IMG/VR virus record: IMGVR_UViG_3300028030_000008
Location: 1 to 64,000 of that record
Source: a virus
Direction: 5' to 3' (one strand)
DNA: 64,000 bases
The position numbers and the translations under genes were made by a program. Positions 8,721 to 17,017 of this stretch are shown here, in pieces. The number at the start of each line of letters is the position of its first letter. The first letter of the stretch is position 1. The notes under the pieces are model-generated. The model saw nothing but the letters and a program-made list of their open reading frames with translations. It was not told the origin of the DNA and searched no databases.

Positions 8721-9240
8721 TTTGTGTACATCAAAAAATGTAATCCATCCATTTGTATCGAGCCAAAAGAGTGACGGTGTTATCTCTTATGGCCTATCCT
8801 CTTACGGATATGATATTCGTGTGGCCGACGAGTTCAAAATATTCCACAACGTCAACTTTACCGTTGTTGACCCCAAGAACTTTGATGACCGCGCCTTTGT
8901 GGAATTTCAGGGCGAAACCTGCATCATTCCTCCCAACTCCTTTGCGTTGGCGCGTAGTGTTGAATATATCAAGATGCCACGCAATGTCACTGGTTTGGTT
9001 TTAGGTAAAAGCACTTATGCCAGATGTGGAATTGTGACTAATTTTACACCTCTTGAAGCAGGTTGGGAAGGTCATATCACTATCGAGATTAGCAACACTA
9101 CACCGTTGCCCGCGAAGATTTATGCAAACGAGGGAGTAGCTCAGGTTCTCTTTTTTGAAGGAGATGATTGTCTTGTGAGTTACGCTGACCGCAATGGTAA
9201 ATATCAAGAGCAACGTGGAATTACATTACCAAAGGTGTAA
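8692..9240 (+). CDS. dcd: dCTP deaminase
   Basis: [40 protein letters not shown]. Confidence 0.97.
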   Translation: MILGDKQIADLCTSKNVIHPFVSSQKSDGVISYGLSSYGYDIRVADEFKIFHNVNFTVVDPKNFDDRAFVEFQGETCIIPPNSFALARSVEYIKMPRNVTGLVLGKSTYARCGIVTNFTPLEAGWEGHITIEISNTTPLPAKIYANEGVAQVLFFEGDDCLVSYADRNGKYQEQRGITLPKV

Positions 9241-9242
9241 CT

Positions 9243-9452
9243 TTGAACCGCCCTGTAGAAGACTTGGTAATCGGTAGAGTAATGAGGGATTGGAGACTTG
9301 AGCAAGCTCTGGTGAAGATGAGTGGTGCAAGCTATCTTTACACGCTACTACTTGCGGCGGGTTGGAGTAGAAAAGATATTGTCTCTCACAGGGACGTTTC
9401 CAAGCAAAGTGTTGATGAGATAATTAGGAAAATAAAAAGTAGTTTCCAGTAG
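9243..9452 (+). CDS. Hypothetical protein (possible HTH)
   Basis: 69-aa ORF filling a gap in the operon. Confidence 0.45.
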   Translation: MNRPVEDLVIGRVMRDWRLEQALVKMSGASYLYTLLLAAGWSRKDIVSHRDVSKQSVDEIIRKIKSSFQ

Positions 9453-9467
9453 AGAGAATGGTGCGCT

Positions 9468-9884
9468 ATGGCAAAAGTTTACAACGTAGAGGTGCTAAAG
9501 GTCGAGCGATTTAGCGTTGAACTTTGTCGTCAAAATCCAAAAATACTCTACATCTTCGGGGACAATCTCGCGAAGATAGGTAAGGGTGGACAAGCTATAA
9601 TTCGTGACGAGCCAAATGCCTTCGGGGTTCCGACGAAGCGGTTGCCAAGTATGTCAAATGACGCTTTTTTTAGGGATAGAATAGACGAGATTGAGGCAGT
9701 TGAAAATGCGCTTTACGAACTTTCTTTGGAGCGACATTCACGCACAATAAACGCAATTGCGTTTCCAGAAGACGGACTCGGAACTGGCCTTGCCAGAATG
9801 AAAACTATGTCCCCAAAGCTGTTTAGAAAGATGAATGACCTGATAAGATTGTATTTTTTTCCTGATGGTGGGTGGGATTTCTAG
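9468..9884 (+). CDS. Conserved phage protein ('IFGDNL..G.GGQA.IR.EPN..G.PTK' family)
   Basis: Motif widespread in phages; function not known to me. Confidence 0.65.
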   Translation: MAKVYNVEVLKVERFSVELCRQNPKILYIFGDNLAKIGKGGQAIIRDEPNAFGVPTKRLPSMSNDAFFRDRIDEIEAVENALYELSLERHSRTINAIAFPEDGLGTGLARMKTMSPKLFRKMNDLIRLYFFPDGGWDF

Positions 9885-10021
9885 GTTTATTTAGTAGTCT
9901 CGCTATTGCAAAAATATCCTTCTTAATCGAGGATACGTAAACTATTTTATGCAAAACCATATCAACAATAGTGAATTTTATGGGGGAGCAATATACTGTA
10001 GCGTAACGTTTCGGAGGTTCA

Positions 10022-10633
10022 ATGAGTGAGCTAGACTTTTTCAATGAACGAGACTTTTTCATTATTGGTAGTGGCCGTTTAGCATGTGAGTTTTTAGGGT
10101 ATCTCAAAGTTGATTTTAGACCAAACAGGTATATATACCTTGTTGGTAAGGCGCAAGAAAAAGGCTTTTTCGAGAAGCTTAGTGGTGTTGCGGTAGATGC
10201 GGTTATCGGCGTTGGCTCTCCTGCCTTACGGCAAGGTTTATCTGAGAAATTTCACGGCGTAAGGTGGGTTACATCTATTCATAATAGTGTGTATAATCAA
10301 GATGCCACTTGCGAGCATGGTGTTGTCGTTGCACCAAACTGTAGTTTGACTACAAATATCATACTTTTTCAGCATGTTTTTCTAAACCTGAACTGCACAG
10401 TCGGGCATGATACAAGAATTGGAGCTTATTCCGTTGTTAATCCCGGTGCGAACATCTCTGGTAATGTTACGATTGGGAAAAGAGTTTTGGTTGGTACAGG
10501 TGCTTGTATTCGAGATGGCGTTACAATCGGCGACGATGCAGTTATCGGGATGGGTGCGGTTGTTGTAAAGGATGTTCCTGCTGGTATGACAGTGGTGGGT
10601 AATCCGGCTACTGAAATCAAGCGCCGAACTTAG
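10022..10633 (+). CDS. NeuD/PglD-family sugar O/N-acetyltransferase (hexapeptide repeat)
   Basis: Rossmann-like GSGRLA N-terminus, TVGHD, hexapeptide repeats, VVGNPA. Confidence 0.9.
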   Translation: MSELDFFNERDFFIIGSGRLACEFLGYLKVDFRPNRYIYLVGKAQEKGFFEKLSGVAVDAVIGVGSPALRQGLSEKFHGVRWVTSIHNSVYNQDATCEHGVVVAPNCSLTTNIILFQHVFLNLNCTVGHDTRIGAYSVVNPGANISGNVTIGKRVLVGTGACIRDGVTIGDDAVIGMGAVVVKDVPAGMTVVGNPATEIKRRT

Positions 10634-11333
10634 ACAAATGGTAATTGTAATCGTTTGGTGCGCTTGGTAGCGGATGGTAAACACTGACACTCGGATCGCA
10701 CCAAATCGAATACCCTAGTTTGGCGCACTCACGACATAGGCTAACAATTGCCTCATCTGTGTATCTCGCTCCTTGTTTTATTGCCGTGAATGGAAACATT
10801 ACTATACCGCCAGCCGAATAAATCTCAAACGGCTTGTTCTCTGTTATGTCACCCTTATTAGATGAGAAGTGACTCCCACCCAGTCTTCTAAACCCCCATA
10901 TATCATAAAATATTTCACCTGCAATAATTATCGGGGCGACAATATCTTTTTTCGTTGACAATAACCTCTCGATGATGTTTGGTGGATAGAGTAAATCGCT
11001 ATCAATAACGAGAACCCTGTCAGCCCAACTATCCCTTACGATACGTTCAAGTGCTGCGTTTGCTGTTTCTCCTAACGCAAGAAACCTGTCCAGATTAACA
11101 ACTGAACCGTACTTTGGTCTTCCGGTATCATGCTTGACAACCCTAAATCGTTTTTTATTCGCGGAAGCATTGGCAATGGAGTCTAGCTGCGCCAAAGTGT
11201 TATCCTTGCTATCCCCCTCGACCAGGTAAACCATAATCTCTTTGTATGCTAGAGATTTTATTCTGGCTAGATAATCGTCAATATACACTCCTTCGTTATC
11301 CCTAAATAAAGAGAGTATAGCTACCTTATCCAC
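10617..11333 (-). CDS. GT-A (GT2/Anp1-like) glycosyltransferase
   Basis: VEGDSKDNT, IDSD (DxD), VYH; GTG start overlapping the upstream stop. Confidence 0.8.
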   Translation of the reverse strand: MDKVAILSLFRDNEGVYIDDYLARIKSLAYKEIMVYLVEGDSKDNTLAQLDSIANASANKKRFRVVKHDTGRPKYGSVVNLDRFLALGETANAALERIVRDSWADRVLVIDSDLLYPPNIIERLLSTKKDIVAPIIIAGEIFYDIWGFRRLGGSHFSSNKGDITENKPFEIYSAGGIVMFPFTAIKQGARYTDEAIVSLCRECAKLGYSIWCDPSVSVYHPLPSAPNDYNYHLSKFGA

Positions 11334-12156
11334 CAGTTGCCTCTGCAAATTTGTCCCAAAAAGGTTTCCAAGCGTTTTCTACTTTGAACTTTTCAAGATT
11401 TGGTGCAAAACCTTTTGACACTTCCTTATAGGGCGTATCCGCTATGCTTCGTAGTTGGTTTTCAATATTCCCCTTTGGATCAATAAAGATAGCAAAATCA
11501 TCAAACCAATGGCGATAGCACTCTAAATCAAATGTTATTGGAACTGCCCCGCAAGCAGCCCCCTCGATGATTGGTAATTCAAAACCCTCAACATGGCGTA
11601 ACCCAATTGTAAACTTGGCGTTATTGTACAGTATTGCCATATCTAAATCTGAAACATTATTAACGTTATGATACCTACGGCCAAGTCTCATGTTTGGGCC
11701 AACGTGCATAATGTCTCCATGGAAGGCGTTGTACACCGACTTGATTTCCTCTGCATTGTCACCATCAACATAACCTGTAACAACTGCGTCAAAGTGCCTG
11801 TCTGTCCTTCCCATTCGTCTAAATACAGGGTCAATGCCAAGTGGATGGCGCACAAACGGAGCAGAGTGAACAGGTAAATCGTAGTAACTGCTTACCATTA
11901 GCGATTGCCCCCATACGCTCTCCCACTCAAATGTTTCACTGCCCGCTGTGAGGTAACACAACTGAACTATCACCGTTGGGATTTGCTTAACCCAAACAGA
12001 GGCAGACTCAGAGTCAAACACCTGCCTGATTGCAATGTCCGCATCACCGATTTCATTTACAAACGAAATACTTCGTGGAGCGGTTTTGTGTATTTGCCCT
12101 CGTATCCTTCTCAGTGCATGTGTGGATAATCCATCTATCTCGCAATAAACTTTCAT
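11326..12156 (-). CDS. GT-B (GT4-like) glycosyltransferase
   Basis: EGFELPIIEGAACG. Confidence 0.85.
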   Translation of the reverse strand: MKVYCEIDGLSTHALRRIRGQIHKTAPRSISFVNEIGDADIAIRQVFDSESASVWVKQIPTVIVQLCYLTAGSETFEWESVWGQSLMVSSYYDLPVHSAPFVRHPLGIDPVFRRMGRTDRHFDAVVTGYVDGDNAEEIKSVYNAFHGDIMHVGPNMRLGRRYHNVNNVSDLDMAILYNNAKFTIGLRHVEGFELPIIEGAACGAVPITFDLECYRHWFDDFAIFIDPKGNIENQLRSIADTPYKEVSKGFAPNLEKFKVENAWKPFWDKFAEATGG

Positions 12157-12473
12157 ATAGCTTCAAATACCCTCATTGTTTGCGGAATTGATTTTTCTAC
12201 TTTCGAGTCTGGATAAGTAGCAATAAATTGAACCTTGAAGTTACCGGCGTCCTTAACATCCGTCGTCCCTGGGGCCCAAGTGAAAATTCCAGTTGTATAC
12301 GGGGAAACCCCGGTTAGCGTACCGTCAATATCTCTCGCGGACGAAGCAACACCAATCTGTTCCATTCTTCCTGTAATTGCCGCATCAGTTAAATCAACCG
12401 CAGAACCATCTTCACGAGTCCAAGTTATTGTTTTCCCGAAATGCCTTGCGCCTTGTACTAAGTCTAAACTCAT
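12153..12473 (-). CDS. BppU-N/Ig-like virion protein
   Basis: DGSAVDLTDA...DVKDAGNFKVQF..TYPD pattern. Confidence 0.6.
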   Translation of the reverse strand: MSLDLVQGARHFGKTITWTREDGSAVDLTDAAITGRMEQIGVASSARDIDGTLTGVSPYTTGIFTWAPGTTDVKDAGNFKVQFIATYPDSKVEKSIPQTMRVFEAI

Positions 12474-12742
12474 CGCGCCTCCAAAGTTGCCATCAGTGAT
12501 GGTGATGTAATACCAGCGTTTGATGCGGGTATAGAAATTTTACCATTCAATGCTATCGAAGTAGCCATAGCTACTATGTTTTTTGCCTTTGCTTTGCCGT
12601 CAAGTGACACGCCGAGAATATCTGCGGTTGACGAGAAGTCAACGGAATCCTTACTTGAACCAGAGAAAAATCCTCTTGTAAAAACACTAATGGCGCTCGA
12701 TAACCAGCCGCCAGATAAAATTCGCCTTACTTTGTCCATCAA
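12470..12742 (-). CDS. Hypothetical virion-associated protein
   Basis: Coupled ORF in the late operon. Confidence 0.5.
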   Translation of the reverse strand: MMDKVRRILSGGWLSSAISVFTRGFFSGSSKDSVDFSSTADILGVSLDGKAKAKNIVAMATSIALNGKISIPASNAGITSPSLMATLEAR

Positions 12743-13890
12743 CTTTGCGTCCTTGTCGTACTGGTTAGTGTATGAGTGCGCTGTGCTGAACCATCAGGGC
12801 TATCGTAGGTTATTGATGTCGGGTTCGTAGCGTCATTGGCGATTGAGTTCCCAATTAGCACAGCCCACATATCTAGTAATGCTTGTTTAACAGTTTTGCC
12901 ACTTTCAAGCACCTCGCTCATTAAGTCGTCTACAACATCCTGAGATGTCGGGTTGTTGAGTGCGGCAATAAGACCGGGAACATCGTCTGCTCTCAATCCA
13001 TTTGTGTCGAGTAATATCGCCGCCAATTGTGTGGAGTTAGTGTCAATTTCACTTCTAATCTGAGCAGCGGTTGGGGGTGTCACCGTGTTAGCGCCATCCG
13101 TACCCCTCATGTCTGTGTTAGTTGTAGTCGTATCAACTAACGCTACATTTGCTACTGTATCCGTAGCTGGATCAAAATAATCTGCCGCCACTAGCGTTCT
13201 TGCATTAAATTCTGAAACAGTGGGAACATCAGCAATATCAGCGCTAACACTCGCCCCGGCAGGTGCGCCCAACCTAGCGTAACTATCCCCCGTTTGAGGA
13301 GTGTGTCCATTCAGATTGTCCAGATAACCCGCTCGCGCAGCCGTTAATCTAGCCAGTAGTGTATCAATATCAGATGGGATATTGACCGATGATAGTTCAT
13401 CCAGGTATCCCGCTCTAGCCGCTGTTAGCCTACTTTCTAATTCGTCAACGAAGTTATCTATTGTCACCAAGTCAGCAGCAATAGAAGCACCAGCGGGAGC
13501 GCCGAGTCGCGCATAGCTATCGCCAGTTTGGGCAGTATGCCCGCTTAACGAATTAACTTGCGTTAAATCGCCATCGCTCTCTATTCCCATATCAGAGAAA
13601 TTCGGTGGCACGGTATCATAAACACCGGGAACGCCAATCACCTGAACATCGGCAGTTGATGACGCCGGAGAAATTAAAATCTGTTCTCCATTTGTTTCAG
13701 CTTGTGTCAGATCGAAATAGTAAAACCCGTCTTCGAGTTCAGTTGGGTTAGTATCATCAACCGCATTGGCTGCGCCGCCATCTAATCTCAAGTTTGCGGT
13801 TATGTTGGCCGCATCCCCCGTTACCGGTGTATTGTCTGTTCTGTCAAACGCAAAAACAATCCATCTTTGCCCGCTAACATTTTTCTGCAT
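12739..13890 (-). CDS. Putative fibre/virion appendage protein with internal repeats
   Basis: Ala/Thr/Asp-rich; QTGDSYARLGAPAGAS x2 and RLTAARAGYLD x2. Confidence 0.6.
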   Translation of the reverse strand: MQKNVSGQRWIVFAFDRTDNTPVTGDAANITANLRLDGGAANAVDDTNPTELEDGFYYFDLTQAETNGEQILISPASSTADVQVIGVPGVYDTVPPNFSDMGIESDGDLTQVNSLSGHTAQTGDSYARLGAPAGASIAADLVTIDNFVDELESRLTAARAGYLDELSSVNIPSDIDTLLARLTAARAGYLDNLNGHTPQTGDSYARLGAPAGASVSADIADVPTVSEFNARTLVAADYFDPATDTVANVALVDTTTTNTDMRGTDGANTVTPPTAAQIRSEIDTNSTQLAAILLDTNGLRADDVPGLIAALNNPTSQDVVDDLMSEVLESGKTVKQALLDMWAVLIGNSIANDATNPTSITYDSPDGSAQRTHTLTSTTRTQS

Positions 13891-14594
13891 TATGATACTC
13901 CTGCCAATAAGTATTCGTAATAGTATTGTGTTACAGTGTTACTGCTTACCTCTGTGTAATCAACTACCAATTTTGGGCGCCGGGAAGTTGTCGCTTCATC
14001 CGATTGCGCCCAGTGAATTTCACTGTTATTTGAGCCAATCAAAATTATTCCATTGTTGGTTGTCCCAAACCATCCCTCAACAACGGTTGTATCAAGGGAA
14101 ATTGCTGTTTCTGTTCCTTTGGCCGCTTTAGGATTAGCGGAATAAGAGCCAATTGCAGTGGCATCGTAATCAGTCCCGGGCGTTTTACATCCAGCACTAC
14201 CTGCCCACGATTCATTACAACCGCCTGCGCCATCAGACGCTTTGCAATTCCAGCAACACTCCCCGGCATCAGCAGCCGCTATGTTCTTATCGCCGGCAAC
14301 CCAATCCCCATTTGCATCAGAAACGTAATAAACATTCCCTGTGCATGGATCAGGAGCGGATTCTGGATCGAAATTGTGATACAGGTATAACGTCGCGGAA
14401 TTACACGTAGATCTTGCCGCAATCGCGGATAAATTGAACCGTAATAGAGATCGCTCTCTGTCCGATGTTTCCGGCCCGCGCGGTGCGAAATTTCCGTGTC
14501 CGCCGCCATTGCGCGTCCCATCCACCCAGATTTTAATTGTTGTATCATCAGCAGAATAAATATCTCCGCCGTATCCATCGGTGTATATTGGCAT
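13890..14594 (-). CDS. DNRLRE/CBM96-like domain virion protein
   Basis: DDTTI...RSLLRFNLS...SATLYLY...NNGIIL...RPKLVVDY. Confidence 0.75.
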   Translation of the reverse strand: MPIYTDGYGGDIYSADDTTIKIWVDGTRNGGGHGNFAPRGPETSDRERSLLRFNLSAIAARSTCNSATLYLYHNFDPESAPDPCTGNVYYVSDANGDWVAGDKNIAAADAGECCWNCKASDGAGGCNESWAGSAGCKTPGTDYDATAIGSYSANPKAAKGTETAISLDTTVVEGWFGTTNNGIILIGSNNSEIHWAQSDEATTSRRPKLVVDYTEVSSNTVTQYYYEYLLAGVS

Positions 14595-14629
14595 TTAAAC
14601 CTCTCGCTAGCCGTTTTGCTTTGTGTTTT

Positions 14630-15124
14630 CTACTTAGTAAAATTGTACCTAATTCTCGTCCGGCATTTTCTTTTTTCGCCACCATGTTTTCTAGGGTCAA
14701 GAGGTTCTTTGCAGAAAAACTCAAAACCACCAGTAATGAGATTATTTTTCGTGGTGGGTTTTCCACAGCGAGGACAGTAGAGGGTTTCCGCAAATACACT
14801 CTTGTAGGTCACAATGTAATCGACATTCTTGAGAACTGCAATCCCATTTGCATCTACTACTCTGTGAACTTCCGGCCTTGCGCCTGGGTCGCTCATTAGT
14901 TTTAATATTGGCTCAACTGCCGAAGACACAGATTCCGCATGTGTCGTGGTTTTTCTCAGGAAATACTTACCTACGGGTTTCTTCTTTGTGTGGTCGTATC
15001 CACGACGGTATTCTAGCAAAACTTCACAATGAGGACAGCACACGTCCTTATCCTCATTTCTCGCCGTCTTATTGAAACCTTTTTTACAAGCCGGGCACTG
15101 ATACTTAAAATCTTGGCTACTCAT
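14630..15124 (-). CDS. Multi-Zn-ribbon protein
   Basis: CPAC, CPHC, CPRC. Confidence 0.65.
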   Translation of the reverse strand: MSSQDFKYQCPACKKGFNKTARNEDKDVCCPHCEVLLEYRRGYDHTKKKPVGKYFLRKTTTHAESVSSAVEPILKLMSDPGARPEVHRVVDANGIAVLKNVDYIVTYKSVFAETLYCPRCGKPTTKNNLITGGFEFFCKEPLDPRKHGGEKRKCRTRIRYNFTK

Positions 15125-16487
15125 TCGCTATTCTCCCTATTAGGTCTGTCATTTTTTCAACTGTATCCTTCCACTTAAACTGACTTGTCCTCTGTTGCCC
15201 TAACTCTGAGAACTCTGCTAGTCTTTCGGGCATTTTCCTTAGATTGGCTATCTGAAAGGCAACTTCTGCTGGGTCAACTTTTACAAGCCTCGCGCCGGTT
15301 TGCCAATAATCCCATATCCTTTTTGGTAGTGGCTTAATACCCATGCAAGCCTCTCCAAATAATTCATCACGAACCCAATCATCTCGAACACCGAGGACAG
15401 GAGTGCCACACGCAAGACTCTCTGCAACAGGCATGCCAAACCCTTCAACTTGGCTTAAATCAAGATACAGGTCAAGCATATTCATTCTGTCTATGTAACT
15501 TGTGTTCCCAAATATCCAGAGTTTGTCTTCTTTTGTCTTGGAATGAGTAATACCGCGTTTTTTGATTTCATTCAGGGCTGTACCGTCGTGTCGTGTTCCA
15601 GCCCAATAGTTGCCTCTGTTTACTGTATTTTTGTCAGGAGGCCAAATGAACATATCCAACACGTCATAACTCTTTGCAAGTTCTCGAAGGTTCAACCCGT
15701 TCATCGCTGGTGAATCTGGGTTAGTGTGTTGGTAAAAAACTACATTTTCGGCATCGCCACTCTCCTTTAATTCAACGGCGACTTGAACCATCTCTGCTAA
15801 TCCTTTGGTTCTTTTATTAACCCCAACAGTTCCGATTAGGAATTTATCGTCAAGTCCGCATAACTGCCTTAAAAATTTCTTATCCTCTAGGGGGTACTTT
15901 CTAAAATCAGAATGATCCATCCCGAAATAAATATACCCATCAGACAAATCACCTACCGCTTCGTGTGAGCATTTTGTCCAGAAAACATTGTAGCCATTAT
16001 GCGCTTTTATTTGGCGAAAAACTTCCATAAAAGATTCTGTGAGTGGTAAATTTTCAACAGGGCCGTAGTTGACAATCTTAAACCCCATCTCCCTTTGAAG
16101 TTTCAGTAAGCCCGTTTCTTCGTTACTCAAAACAACAGCCAGGTTTCCGGGGCTTGTCATCGTCCAAACAACATCCGGCTTAACCCTCTGTATCATTATG
16201 TTTGTTATCCGCAGCCCTAATTCATCGTATGGATGAGCAGGCCAAATTGCAAACGGAAACCGATTACCCTCGTCAGGGTCGATACCGAGTTTGCCAAGTA
16301 TGGTCGGGTCGTACCCAGCGTTGTATAAATTATAGCCGGGTGGCATTGCGGGGTCAGACGCCATTCTACCTAAAACATGCACTTCGTATCCCGCATTGTG
16401 TAGACCATAAGCTATCGGTCTGCTGGCGTTAGCAAAGCCGGTTGTTATCCCCGGGTGGTCGGTAATCATACAAATTTTCTTTTTCAA
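15117..16487 (-). CDS. GT4-family glycosyltransferase
   Basis: TGFAN, VGVNKRTKG, EGFGMPVAESLACGTP. Confidence 0.9.
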   Translation of the reverse strand: MKKKICMITDHPGITTGFANASRPIAYGLHNAGYEVHVLGRMASDPAMPPGYNLYNAGYDPTILGKLGIDPDEGNRFPFAIWPAHPYDELGLRITNIMIQRVKPDVVWTMTSPGNLAVVLSNEETGLLKLQREMGFKIVNYGPVENLPLTESFMEVFRQIKAHNGYNVFWTKCSHEAVGDLSDGYIYFGMDHSDFRKYPLEDKKFLRQLCGLDDKFLIGTVGVNKRTKGLAEMVQVAVELKESGDAENVVFYQHTNPDSPAMNGLNLRELAKSYDVLDMFIWPPDKNTVNRGNYWAGTRHDGTALNEIKKRGITHSKTKEDKLWIFGNTSYIDRMNMLDLYLDLSQVEGFGMPVAESLACGTPVLGVRDDWVRDELFGEACMGIKPLPKRIWDYWQTGARLVKVDPAEVAFQIANLRKMPERLAEFSELGQQRTSQFKWKDTVEKMTDLIGRIANE

Positions 16488-16855
16488 TTTGCTCTCCCTA
16501 CAACAAACTTCTTTGGTACTCTAAACCAAATAGGCTTATCTCCCGGCACTTGTAGTTCGCCGTCCAGTAGTGGTAATTCGTGGCCCTTGTGTCTAAAGTT
16601 TCCGCCTCTAAGATAAAGACTTACTGGTACAATGACATGCTCAAAGAGATAATAGTAGCCATCATCCCCTTCTGTTACAGTTGGACTTTTACCATTGTTT
16701 CTCTTGCGAAATTCAGAGAGGCCAGCGTCTAATTTGAGTAATGTTCTTGTATCTTCAACAAGTTGCCCGTGCTTTTGCTTGTACTCTTCGATTAGAGCTT
16801 TACGAACTGGAATATTTCTGCAAAGAATGTAATCGTCTGGATTTACCGTCGTCAT
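16484..16855 (-). CDS. Hypothetical protein
   Basis: 123-aa ORF in operon. Confidence 0.6.
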   Translation of the reverse strand: MTTVNPDDYILCRNIPVRKALIEEYKQKHGQLVEDTRTLLKLDAGLSEFRKRNNGKSPTVTEGDDGYYYLFEHVIVPVSLYLRGGNFRHKGHELPLLDGELQVPGDKPIWFRVPKKFVVGRAN

Positions 16856-16876
16856 ACTGTCCCCCGTAGTACATTT

Positions 16877-17017
16877 TTACTTACCGGACTTTTTGTCATT
16901 TTTCTTGAATCCTTTCTCGATTCTCGATTTTAGTAATGCAGTTTTAACATCTTCTACACTTGCATCTCCAAAAAAACTACCAGTCTGTTTTTTCGTACCC
17001 TTGTTTGACGACATCAT
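16877..17017 (-). CDS. Small basic protein (46 aa), not in the ORF track
   Basis: AGGAG RBS; MMSSNKGTKKQTGSFFGDASVEDVKTALLKSRIEKGFKKNDKKSGK fills the gap after the portal. Confidence 0.55.
   Translation of the reverse strand: MMSSNKGTKKQTGSFFGDASVEDVKTALLKSRIEKGFKKNDKKSGK

Noticed and set aside
12739-13890. Internal repeats as a DGR template/variable pair
   Set aside because: Differences are mostly synonymous and not adenine-specific; no reverse transcriptase in the window.
16877-16979. Stop-codon readthrough or recoding at the portal TAG
   Set aside because: The downstream coding signal belongs to a separate 46-aa ORF in another frame; gene density under the standard code is high.
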